Positions 31,102 through 39,148 of a stretch of DNA of 64,000 nucleotides are shown piece after piece. Under the pieces are notes generated by a model. It was not told the origin of the DNA. It saw only the letters and a list, made by a program, of their open reading frames with translations, and made no database searches. The position numbers and the translations under genes are program-made. Position 1 is the first letter of the stretch. Each line of letters starts with the position of its first letter. The DNA comes from an uncultured Oscillospiraceae bacterium (GTDB lineage Bacteria > Bacillota > Clostridia > Oscillospirales > Oscillospiraceae), in contig CANPVS010000013.1 of NCBI GenBank assembly GCA_947581795.1, positions 64 to 64,063 of the forward strand. The letters run 5' to 3'.

Positions 31102-31749
31102 ATGACGGCGAGACGCTGGCCCAGAAGAAGTCCTTTGAGTCCAGCGGTGCGCAGATGGCTGCTGGTACTGTTGATACTGTTTTTCGTGGTCACGACTGCC
31201 GCGGTGAGCGTGGTACTGCGGGACATGGTGACGGAATACGCCGTCTCCTCGGCCAGGGACCTGGTGGTGACGCGAGTCAACGCTATCGTCAAGGACGTGA
31301 TGACGGACCCCGCCTTTGCCGGGGAGGACCTGGTAGCGCTGAAATGGGACAATTCCGGCGCCGTCACGGCGGTGACCGCCAACGCCCCGGCCATCAACGC
31401 CCTGTCGGCGGAGGTGCTCTCCCGGGCCGTCCGGGAGACCGAGCAGGAGGCCATCAAGGTAAGGATACCCGTCATGAACCTGCTGGGCAGCGCGCTGTTC
31501 ATGAACCACGGACCCAGCCTCACTGTGGACGTGACCATGCTCTCGTCCAGCACGGCCAGCTTTCGCAGCGAGCTGACCGGCGCGGGCATCAACCAGACCC
31601 GCCACCAGATATTCCTGGACCTGGACGTACAGCTTTCTTTTCTCATGCCCTGGCGGGACATGCAAACCGACGTGCAGACGGAGATACTTGTATCCGAGAC
31701 CGTGATCGTGGGACGGGTGCCCGGCAGTTATATGAACTGGGAGAGATGA
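31102..31749 (+). CDS. yunB: sporulation protein YunB
   Basis: N-terminal TM helix, GINQTRHQIFLDLDV motif and C-terminal VIVGRVPGSY, as in YunB. Confidence 0.7.
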   Translation: MTARRWPRRSPLSPAVRRWLLVLLILFFVVTTAAVSVVLRDMVTEYAVSSARDLVVTRVNAIVKDVMTDPAFAGEDLVALKWDNSGAVTAVTANAPAINALSAEVLSRAVRETEQEAIKVRIPVMNLLGSALFMNHGPSLTVDVTMLSSSTASFRSELTGAGINQTRHQIFLDLDVQLSFLMPWRDMQTDVQTEILVSETVIVGRVPGSYMNWER

Positions 31750-31751
31750 TA

Positions 31752-33725
31752 ATGGAACCGACGATCAAAGACTATAACGAGCTGGTGGAGAAGCTCCTGG
31801 CGCTGTCCGTTGCCTACTACGACAACGACGCGCCCCTTGTGTCGGACTTTGAGTACGACATGATGAACAACTCCCTCAAGCGCATGGAGGCGGAGCATCC
31901 CGAGTGGATACGCCCCGACTCGCCCACCCAGCACGTGGGCGGCCACGTGAGCGAGGCCTTTGCCCCCGTGGCCCATGAGGTGCCGCTGGAGAGCCTTCAG
32001 GATGTATTCTCCTTCGAGGAGGTCGCCGGTTTCGTGGAGCGGATGGACGCCTCCGTCTCCGCGCCCCACGACTATGTGACGGAGCCGAAGATCGACGGGC
32101 TGTCCGTGGCGGTGGAGTACCATGACGGCTTGTTCTTCCGTGGCGCCACCCGTGGAAACGGCGAGGTGGGGGAGGACGTGACGGAAAATCTCCGCACCAT
32201 CCGCTCGCTGCCCAAGAAGCTGAAAAACGCACCGCCCCGGCTCATCGTCCGTGGCGAGGTATATATGTCCCACGACACCTTCAATACCCTCAACGCCCGG
32301 CGGGAAGTGGCAGGGGAGCCCTTGCTGGCCAATCCCCGCAACGCCGCCGCCGGTTCCCTGCGCCAGCAGGACCCGGCCGTGTGCGCCGAGCGGATGCTGG
32401 ATGTGATATTCTTCAACATCCAGCTGGCCGAGGGCAGGAGCTTCACCTCCCACTATGAGACCCTGGAGGCCATGGCGGCTATGGGTCTGCCCGTGGTGGC
32501 CCACACCCTGTGCAAGACGCCGAAGGAATGCACTGACACCATAAGCGCCATCGGCGAGGGCAGGGAGGGGTATCCCTTCGACATCGACGGGGCCGTGGTG
32601 AAGCTTAACGACCTCTTCCAGCGCCAGACCTTGGGCAGCACGGCGAAATATCCACGCTGGGCGGTGGCCTATAAGTATCCCCCGGAGAAGAAGCCCAGTA
32701 AGGTAGTGGATATCCTCATCCAGGTAGGCCGCACAGGCGTGCTCACGCCCAAGGCTGTCATTGAGCCCATACGTCTGGCCGGCACCACCGTCACCAACGC
32801 CACGCTCCATAACCAGGATTTCATTGAGAACATGGGCGTGAACGTGGGGGACACCGTGCTGGTGCAGAAGGCAGGGGAGATCATCCCCGAAGTGCTCCAG
32901 GTGGTGAAAAAGGAGAGCGACGGCTTCTTCCGATTCCCCGCGGTGTGCCCGGTGTGCGGCGCGCCCGCCGAGAGGGACGAGGACGGCGCGGCCATCCGCT
33001 GCACCGGCGCGGAGTGCCCGGCCCAGCGGCTTCGGAACATCGTCCACTTCGCCTCCAAGGACGCCATGGACATCGACGGCCTTGGTCCCGCGGTGGTGGA
33101 GGCCCTGGACAAGGCAGGACTCATCAAAACTCCGGCGGAGCTCTATACTCTGGACGCCCAATCCGTGGCCGCTGTGGACAGAATGGGAAAGAAGTCCGCG
33201 GAGAATCTGATCGCCCGCATTGAGGACAGCAAGGAAAGAGGCCTTGCCCGCCTCCTGTGCGCCTTCGGCATCCGGCAGGTGGGGGCCAAGGCGGCCAAGG
33301 TCCTGGCCCGGCGCTTCGCCACGCTGGACGAGCTCATGGACGCCGATGAGGAGACACTCACCGTCATCGACGACGTGGGGCCCATCACCGCACGGTATAT
33401 CGTCAAGTGGTTTGAAAATCCCCAGAGCCGCCACCAGATCGAACTTCTGCGCCAGGCCGGCGTCAGCTTTGACAGCCGGGAGGAGATCGCGGACACCCGC
33501 TTCGCCGGTAAGACCTTCGTCCTCACCGGCGCGCTGGAGCATTTCACCCGCTCAGAGGCGGAGGAGATCGTGGAGCGCTTCGGCGGCAAAGCCTCCGGCT
33601 CCGTGTCCAAGAAGACCTCCTATGTGCTGGCAGGGGCCGACCCGGGCTCCAAACTCACCAAGGCCCAGACATTGGGCGTCCCCATCATATCCGAGGAGGA
33701 TTTCCTCCGGATGATCGGGGAATAA
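31752..33725 (+). CDS. ligA: NAD-dependent DNA ligase
   Basis: Adenylation motif EPKIDGLS, Zn finger CPVCG..C..C, and HhH and BRCT regions. The ORF-track N-terminal extension from 31155 is rejected. Confidence 0.92.
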   Translation: MEPTIKDYNELVEKLLALSVAYYDNDAPLVSDFEYDMMNNSLKRMEAEHPEWIRPDSPTQHVGGHVSEAFAPVAHEVPLESLQDVFSFEEVAGFVERMDASVSAPHDYVTEPKIDGLSVAVEYHDGLFFRGATRGNGEVGEDVTENLRTIRSLPKKLKNAPPRLIVRGEVYMSHDTFNTLNARREVAGEPLLANPRNAAAGSLRQQDPAVCAERMLDVIFFNIQLAEGRSFTSHYETLEAMAAMGLPVVAHTLCKTPKECTDTISAIGEGREGYPFDIDGAVVKLNDLFQRQTLGSTAKYPRWAVAYKYPPEKKPSKVVDILIQVGRTGVLTPKAVIEPIRLAGTTVTNATLHNQDFIENMGVNVGDTVLVQKAGEIIPEVLQVVKKESDGFFRFPAVCPVCGAPAERDEDGAAIRCTGAECPAQRLRNIVHFASKDAMDIDGLGPAVVEALDKAGLIKTPAELYTLDAQSVAAVDRMGKKSAENLIARIEDSKERGLARLLCAFGIRQVGAKAAKVLARRFATLDELMDADEETLTVIDDVGPITARYIVKWFENPQSRHQIELLRQAGVSFDSREEIADTRFAGKTFVLTGALEHFTRSEAEEIVERFGGKASGSVSKKTSYVLAGADPGSKLTKAQTLGVPIISEEDFLRMIGE

Positions 33726-33732
33726 AAAGTGT

Positions 33733-33766
33733 ACCGGCGGCAGCGGTGCCGCCGGTGCTTTTTTGT
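33733..33766 (+). terminator. rho-independent terminator after ligA
   Basis: ACCGGCGGCA-gcgg-TGCCGCCGGT followed by a T-run. Confidence 0.8.
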
Positions 33767-33857
33767 GCAGAATTGGGCAGTCGTAAACGCTTGTGCAGCA
33801 TGTCGGAATGTAGTATAATAAAGTTTAATGACATTGAAAAGAAACAAGGAGACCGAA

Positions 33858-35234
33858 ATGGCGCAGACCCAGAACAGATTGGATTCCAGCCGTATGGGGG
33901 AGATGCCGGAGGGGCGGCTGCTTCTCTCCATCGCCGTTCCCATGATGCTTTCCATGCTGGTGCAGGCCCTGTACAACATCGTGGACAGCGTGTATGTATC
34001 CCGGGTGTCGGAGGACTGCCTGTCCGCCCTGAGCCTGGCGTTCCCGGCCCAGAACGTGATGATCGGCCTGGGGACCGGCACAGGCGTGGGCGTGAGTACG
34101 CTGGTGTCCCGTGCCCTGGGCAGCCGTAATGAAAAACTGGCCAGCCGCACGGCGGGCACGGCGGTAGCGCTGAGCTTCTGCTGCTGGCTGCTGATGGCCC
34201 TGTTCGGCATCTTCGGCGCGGACGCGTTCATCCGTTCCCAGACGGATATCGAAAGCATCCGGGCCTACACCGATTCCTATCTGCGCATCGTGACCATCGG
34301 GTCTACGTTCGTATATCTGGAGATATGCGCCGAGAGGCTGCTCCAGTCCACGGGGCTCACGACGCTGTCCATGTGGACCCAGATGATCGGCGCGGTCACC
34401 AACATCATCCTGGACCCGTTTTTCATCTACGGCTGGTGCGGCCTGCCCGCCATGGACACCGCCGGCGCCGCCATCGCCACCGTTATCGGCCAGGCCATGG
34501 GCGCGGGCGTGGGCTTTTTGTTCCACTTCAAAAAGAACAGGGAGCTTCCGCTCCACTGGCGCGACATCCGTCTGCCCTGGTCCATCGTGAAGGACATCTA
34601 CCGGATAGGCTTCCCATCCATCCTGATGGTGGCCATTGGCTCCATCACAAACTACCTAATGAACATCATCCTCATCGGCTTTACCTCCACGGCCGTGGCG
34701 GTGTACGGGGCCTATTTCAAGATCCAGAGTTTCTTCTTCATGCCTGTGTTCGGCCTGAACAATGGCATCATCCCCATCATCGGCTACAACTATGGCGCGC
34801 GGAAGAAGGAGCGCATCTATCGGACTATCCGCTACGGCGTGCTCTATGCCTCCTGCTTTATGATCCTGGGGCTCATATGCTTCCAATTCTTCCCGGAGTT
34901 TTTCCTGGGCATTTTCAGCCCCTCGGAGACCATGCTGTCCATCGGCGTACCCGCTCTGCGGCGCATCAGTCTGAGCTTCCTGCTGGCGGGCTTCTGCATC
35001 GTGGCCGGCTCCGCCTGCCAGGCGCTGGACAAGAGCTTTTATTCCTTCTTCGTGTCCGTGCTGCGGCAGGTATTGGCGCTGATCCCGGCGGCGTGGCTTT
35101 TGAGCCTCACCGGCAACGTGGACAACGTGTGGTGGTGTTTCCCCATCGCGGAACTGGTGAGTCTGGCCGCCAGCGCCTTCTTCCTGCGGAAGGCATTGAA
35201 GGACGTGGAGAAAAAACTGACGGCGCCTGTGTGA
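33858..35234 (+). CDS. MATE family efflux transporter
   Basis: 12-TM layout, N-terminal LLLSIAVPMMLSMLVQALYNIVDSVYVS motif. About 458 aa. Confidence 0.85.
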   Translation: MAQTQNRLDSSRMGEMPEGRLLLSIAVPMMLSMLVQALYNIVDSVYVSRVSEDCLSALSLAFPAQNVMIGLGTGTGVGVSTLVSRALGSRNEKLASRTAGTAVALSFCCWLLMALFGIFGADAFIRSQTDIESIRAYTDSYLRIVTIGSTFVYLEICAERLLQSTGLTTLSMWTQMIGAVTNIILDPFFIYGWCGLPAMDTAGAAIATVIGQAMGAGVGFLFHFKKNRELPLHWRDIRLPWSIVKDIYRIGFPSILMVAIGSITNYLMNIILIGFTSTAVAVYGAYFKIQSFFFMPVFGLNNGIIPIIGYNYGARKKERIYRTIRYGVLYASCFMILGLICFQFFPEFFLGIFSPSETMLSIGVPALRRISLSFLLAGFCIVAGSACQALDKSFYSFFVSVLRQVLALIPAAWLLSLTGNVDNVWWCFPIAELVSLAASAFFLRKALKDVEKKLTAPV

Positions 35235-35257
35235 GCGCCGTAAAATGTAAGATAAGA

Positions 35258-35278
35258 CCGGCCGGGTATCCCGGCCGG
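35258..35278. terminator. GC-rich hairpin between the convergent MATE and cotJC genes
   Basis: CCGGCCGGG-tat-CCCGGCCGG followed by CCTTTCT. Confidence 0.55.
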
Positions 35279-35293
35279 CCTTTCTGTACGTGT

Positions 35294-35491
35294 TTACTTC
35301 ATCTTGTCGAAGGCGGGGTTCACGGCGTAGACGTTCCGCTTATCCATCTTTCCGGTGGCGATGGCCATGGCCTCGCCGAAGCGCTGAAAATGGACCACCT
35401 CCCGCTCCCGCAGGAACCGCATGACGTCTATCACGTCCGGGTCGTCGCACATGCGCAGGATGTTGTCGTAGGTCACCCGGGCCTTCTGCTC
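35294..35491 (-). pseudogene. cotJC: cotJC 3' segment (C-terminal approx. 65 codons of Mn-catalase-family spore coat protein), separated from its 5' segment by the element
   Basis: Encodes EQKARVTYDNILRMCDDPDVIDVMRFLREREVVHFQRFGEA... The 14 N-terminal residues of ORF 35294..35533 derive from element DNA. Confidence 0.85.
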
Positions 35492-35500
35492 TGGTACGAC
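35490..35500. repeat. left att junction: TC crossover core plus 9-bp terminal inverted repeat TGGTACGAC
   Basis: Reverse complement of the right terminus GTCGTACCA. The core TC is shared with the right junction. Confidence 0.8.
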
Positions 35501-35520
35501 CATGTAAGTACAACAAATCG

Positions 35521-37074
35521 CTAAAAATTCCAATGGATTTCGATTGGAACATCCCTTGTGCCGGGGATTCGTTTGCCAATGGTCACATAGTCGATCAGTG
35601 TGTCCACAATCTCACGGGTAAGGTGTTCTAGGTTGGTGTACTGTTCTATCAACTCACGGCGGTTGTCGCCAGCGGCGATACGTTCTTCTATCTCTGACAA
35701 CTGCTTCTCACCATCAGCAACAACGTGTTCCAGCCTGTCGCGCTCCGTAATAAAGTCCTGGGACATTTCCCTGTAATCGCTCTCGGAGATCAGCCCCTTG
35801 ACTTTATCCAGATAAAGTTCCCGGATACCCTTGGAATACTCCGCTATCTTTTTCTGATAGGTGGCTATGTCTGACTTTAGACTAGATTTTTTCTCCTGAA
35901 GGCTGCCGCAAAACTCAATGTTTCGCTCCAACTCGTCCTTGTCAAGATACTCCGCTGACAGCCTATTCAACTCCGCCAGTACCATCTGTTCCAGTTTGTC
36001 AACGGCGATGAACGCCCCCTCGCAGGCATCTCTTGACACATGGCGGGTGCAGCATTGCAGATAGTGGCGGCCTCGGCTTTTGGACGAGCGCATGACATAG
36101 CCGCAATTAGCACAACGGGCTTTTCGGGCGAATAGACCTAGTTCCCCGCTGTCAAAGGGTTTGGCACGCTGGTCGATCAACGCTTGGACTCTATCCCATA
36201 GGTCGCGGTCAATGATAGGCTCATGGGTGCCTTTCACGATAATCCATTGATCTTTTGGCCTTGGCCTGCAAATCTTGGTCTTATAGGACACACTGGCGTA
36301 TTTGCCCTGTACCATATTACCAATATAGATTTCATTTGACAGCATATCCGCGATGGCGAAGTATTTCCAGAGAGTACTGTTCTTCGTGGCTGGCTGCATA
36401 TAGCGCAGACCGTGCAGGCGCTTGTACTCCGTGGGATTCGGAATGCCTCGGTCGTTGAGCATCCGTGCGATGGCGGTCTTGCCATAGCCCTGGGCAAAGA
36501 GAGTGAATACCTCCCGGACAACGGCGGCGGCTTCCTCGTCGATGATAAGATGGCCTTTCTGTTCAGGGTCTTTCAAATAGCCATAGAGAGCAAAGGCCCC
36601 AATGTGAAAGCCGTTTTCCCGGCGGCTGGTCAGTACGCTGCGGATATTCTCAGACATATCCTCCAAATACCACTCGTTCACCAGCCCATTGATTTGGCGG
36701 GATTTTTTGTTGCCCTTGTTGGCGGTATCGGCGTTGTCCACGATGCTGATAAAGCGGATGCCCCAGAGCGGGAAGAGACCGTGTATGTACTTCTCCACCA
36801 ACTCCAGCTCGCGGGTGAAGCGGGATTGAGTCTTACAGAGAACAATGTCAAATTTCCGCTGCTCCGCGTCCTGCAGGAGCCGATTGAACTCCGGCCGCCG
36901 TCGGTCTGACCCCGTGTAGTCGTCGTCACTGTAGATATTGAAAAGCTCCCACCCCTGTTCCATTACATATTGCAGCAGCATGGCTTTCTGATTCTGAATG
37001 CTGTTGCTGTCGTCGGTCGCGTGCTGCTTGTTTCGGTCTTCTTCGCTCAATCTGCAATAGATTGCTACCTTCAT
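35521..37074 (-). CDS. large serine recombinase (resolvase domain + recombinase/zinc-ribbon + DUF4368-like coiled-coil; TndX/TnpX-like)
   Basis: MKVAIYCRLSEED catalytic Ser region, SRFTRE motif and Zn ribbon CANCGY..C..H. GAAAGGAG RBS upstream. The ORF-track start at 37155 is rejected. Confidence 0.9.
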   Translation of the reverse strand: MKVAIYCRLSEEDRNKQHATDDSNSIQNQKAMLLQYVMEQGWELFNIYSDDDYTGSDRRRPEFNRLLQDAEQRKFDIVLCKTQSRFTRELELVEKYIHGLFPLWGIRFISIVDNADTANKGNKKSRQINGLVNEWYLEDMSENIRSVLTSRRENGFHIGAFALYGYLKDPEQKGHLIIDEEAAAVVREVFTLFAQGYGKTAIARMLNDRGIPNPTEYKRLHGLRYMQPATKNSTLWKYFAIADMLSNEIYIGNMVQGKYASVSYKTKICRPRPKDQWIIVKGTHEPIIDRDLWDRVQALIDQRAKPFDSGELGLFARKARCANCGYVMRSSKSRGRHYLQCCTRHVSRDACEGAFIAVDKLEQMVLAELNRLSAEYLDKDELERNIEFCGSLQEKKSSLKSDIATYQKKIAEYSKGIRELYLDKVKGLISESDYREMSQDFITERDRLEHVVADGEKQLSEIEERIAAGDNRRELIEQYTNLEHLTREIVDTLIDYVTIGKRIPGTRDVPIEIHWNF

Positions 37075-37098
37075 AGTCCATACTCCTTTCGGAGATAG

Positions 37099-37146
37099 GA
37101 CAAGCCGTTTCCGGCAGGTAGTATACCACGCCGGAAACGGCTTGTC
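37099..37146. repeat. 17-bp perfect inverted repeat (stem-loop) just upstream of the recombinase RBS
   Basis: GACAAGCCGTTTCCGGC, 14-nt loop, GCCGGAAACGGCTTGTC. Confidence 0.85.
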
Positions 37147-37160
37147 TATTTCCAATGTAA

Positions 37161-37346
37161 TTATAATGACTTGGCCTGTTTACCTCTTTCTATGCGGTTG
37201 ATCAAATCAATCCACCGCCTTGTGTACTCCTCCTTGGATGGCGAACTACCCCGGAATATGCTCGTGCACAGCGGCTGTGGCTGTTTATCAACAGCACTAG
37301 GATGATGTCGTGTCATCAATATCACCAGACCTATCTTATGCCACAT
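37161..37346 (-). CDS. hypothetical small protein (doubtful; possible directionality-factor position)
   Basis: 61-aa ORF with a weak RBS and no recognisable motif. Confidence 0.25.
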   Translation of the reverse strand: MWHKIGLVILMTRHHPSAVDKQPQPLCTSIFRGSSPSKEEYTRRWIDLINRIERGKQAKSL

Positions 37347-37373
37347 GAATGAGAGGTAGCACCCTAGTTGGCG

Positions 37374-37976
37374 CTACCTCTTGTTGTCCTTCTGCAGCTG
37401 CTCGCGCAGCCGCCGCATTCGCTCCACCTCGGCGGCGTCGGGCGCGGTCGTGACCGTCTGCTCCGGGGCTGGTGACGGGGTGCCACGCTCGCGGAGCGCC
37501 CATGTCTGCACGGTTGCCTTCCAGTCATCTATCGGCTGACCATTCAGCTTCCAGCCTCTCGCTTGGTAGTAGGAATGAAACAGGGCCGCATTGACCCGCA
37601 ACCCATTAGCCTCACAAAACTCCTCAACCTCTACGAGAGAGGGTGGGACCCCTGATTTTTCCTCTCGCTCTTTATCATTATACTTTATTTTATTTTCTTT
37701 TATTTTTCTTTTTCCTTTTCCTTTTCCTTTTCCGCGGTCAGCATTTTGGTCAAAAGCGATTCGTTTGGTATTTGTGTCCTCCAATTTCGCTGTGTAATAA
37801 TCGACAACAGAGATCATTCGCCTTAGATAGAATTTAGCGTTGCCCACGACATCGCTGACCTCGCCAGTCATTGCGTAGCGTTGCCCGGCGCGGATGAGGG
37901 AGCCATACTCCTCATCCGAAAGGGCGTCCATCTCGTCAACAAAAGAATCCAGGAGCACGATGTAATACCTTTCCAT
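37374..37976 (-). CDS. phage/plasmid-type DUF6291-like protein with Lys/Gly-rich linker
   Basis: N-terminus is YIVLLDSFVDEMDALSDEEYGSLIRA. C-terminus has FHSYYQARGWKLNGQPIDDWKATVQTW. GGGAGG RBS. Confidence 0.6.
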   Translation of the reverse strand: MERYYIVLLDSFVDEMDALSDEEYGSLIRAGQRYAMTGEVSDVVGNAKFYLRRMISVVDYYTAKLEDTNTKRIAFDQNADRGKGKGKGKRKIKENKIKYNDKEREEKSGVPPSLVEVEEFCEANGLRVNAALFHSYYQARGWKLNGQPIDDWKATVQTWALRERGTPSPAPEQTVTTAPDAAEVERMRRLREQLQKDNKR

Positions 37977-38095
37977 TTTGGACCTCCCAAAAAGTAAAGT
38001 GTAGGGGTCTTGCGTCCCCTCAACTATCTACCATGATTTTTTATGACAAAGTGGGGTGCCGCTACAAATTGTTTACACTTTGTTAACATTTGGAT

Positions 38096-38128
38096 ATAAA
38101 AAGACGGAGGGACTCTAGCCCCTCCGTC
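38096..38128 (-). terminator. rho-independent terminator after the sigma-like gene
   Basis: GACGGAGGG / CCCTCCGTC stem, followed on the minus strand by TTTTTATATCC. Confidence 0.7.
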
Positions 38129-38161
38129 TCGTGACGTACGCGCCCGCTCACGTCAACAGGG

Positions 38162-38629
38162 TTACCTTAGCGTGTCAGCAATGCGTTTGACAATCTCCCA
38201 TGCCCAGCGCACACGTTCGTAGCTCGCGCCAGTCATCTCTGCGATCTCAGTGGTGTCGAATCCAGCCCCGCGCATGAGCAACACATTCCGTTGGAAGTCG
38301 GTCAGTTGCTCGACGATGCTTTGGAGCGTAATACGTTGCAGCGCGATCTCCTCCGCGCTGGCTCCGTACTCATCACGGCTGTGCACGACCACATCGAGCA
38401 GTTCTGGGGTTGCGGACCGATCGAGGGGTACGTAACATTTGCATATGTGACAATCACCGATGCAGCGCTGCCACACCGCACACTCGCACTGCCCTGTGGT
38501 GCGCATAAGGCGATACAGCTTGTGGCTACCGCCCTCATACGCACGCAGCACTTGCAGAGTTACAGGCACGCGGATTTGCATAATCCTCCCATCAACGTTG
38601 GTCTCGACAAGAACATAATGATCTGCCAT
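38162..38629 (-). CDS. sigma-70 region-4-like HTH protein with Cys-rich N-terminal part
   Basis: C-terminus LTDFQRNVLLMRGAGFDTTEIAEMTGASYERVRWAW resembles sigma region 4. N-terminal part has CECAVWQRCIGDCHICKC. Confidence 0.6.
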   Translation of the reverse strand: MADHYVLVETNVDGRIMQIRVPVTLQVLRAYEGGSHKLYRLMRTTGQCECAVWQRCIGDCHICKCYVPLDRSATPELLDVVVHSRDEYGASAEEIALQRITLQSIVEQLTDFQRNVLLMRGAGFDTTEIAEMTGASYERVRWAWEIVKRIADTLR

Positions 38630-38740
38630 CGCAAATCCTGCGCAACACCCCGGAGGGTAGCATGACAATGGCAATAATAGACCTCGGGCGCAGGGACTAC
38701 CCACCACTGTCTATCCGGTAGTCCTGCGCCCTTTCTTTTG

Positions 38741-38785
38741 AAATAAAAAGGCGCCAGCAAAGATTAAATAATCTTCACTGGCGCC
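38741..38785 (-). terminator. intrinsic terminator/attenuator inside the leader upstream of the sigma-like gene
   Basis: GGCGCCAG..AAGATT-aaat-AATCTT..CTGGCGCC, followed on the minus strand by TTTTTATTTC. Confidence 0.6.
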
Positions 38786-38818
38786 ATTCCCTCACAAAAC
38801 ATGGAGGGAAATATGCTA

Positions 38819-38858
38819 CCCCGGCATAGCGTGTCCGTGGGGACACGCCATGCCGGGG
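38819..38858. repeat. long two-helix hairpin in the intergenic leader
   Basis: CCCCGGCAT-a-GCGTGTCC-gtgg-GGACACGC-c-ATGCCGGGG. Confidence 0.8.
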
Positions 38859-39075
38859 CGCATACTCGTGCGCTATTTGTCTGTAATTAGCATACACTAA
38901 CCTACGCTGGGCCTCTCGGCCCATACGATCTTGTAGTAACAGGCCGCTCTGGGCGGTCAACTTCCTTAGTATGTGTATTATGACTCGAAAAAGCTCTGAA
39001 GTCAACCTAATTTTATATAAATTTTTAAGAAAATTTGAAGTGCGCTTTCAATCGCGTTGGTTGCGCACTTGGTAC

Positions 39076-39105
39076 TTGACTGCCGAGGTCATCTCATGTT
39101 ATAAT
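39076..39105 (+). promoter_or_regulatory. sigma-A-type promoter of the methyltransferase/helicase operon
   Basis: TTGACT, 18-nt spacer, TATAAT. Confidence 0.55.
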
Positions 39106-39129
39106 GTTGAAAATTATATAATATTCAAC
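39106..39129. promoter_or_regulatory. 24-bp near-perfect palindrome (operator candidate) abutting the -10 box
   Basis: GTTGAAAATTATATAATATTCAAC, self-complementary at 22 of 24 positions. Confidence 0.5.
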
Positions 39130-39148
39130 ATATTAAGGGGTGATCAAG

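Noticed and set aside
31155-31751. N-terminal 199-codon extension of the ligA ORF in the ORF track.
   Set aside because: It overlaps yunB in another frame and has Arg/Gly/Pro-rich composition. The canonical LigA N-terminus begins at MEPTIKDYNEL (31752).
31728-33542. 604-aa antisense ORF opposite ligA; also 14963..16372 opposite priA and 26383..27393 opposite yebC/rnpB.
   Set aside because: Shadow ORFs of well-supported sense genes and an RNA gene.
37700-37740. Short tandem repeat considered as a possible CRISPR or phase-variation tract.
   Set aside because: The units are only 6 nt, uninterrupted and in frame inside a CDS. There are no spacers, and frameshifting by slippage is not possible.
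38775-39005. 76-aa ORF in the divergent intergenic region of the element.
   Set aside because: No RBS and no protein-like features. It ends inside a terminator stem. The region is better explained as structured RNA or a leader.
39040-39051. GTGCGCTTTCAA, an 11-of-12 match to the core of the 20-bp direct repeat, upstream of the operon promoter.
   Set aside because: A 12-mer with one mismatch is expected by chance at appreciable frequency in 64 kb on both strands. This is not enough to call a third repeat copy.
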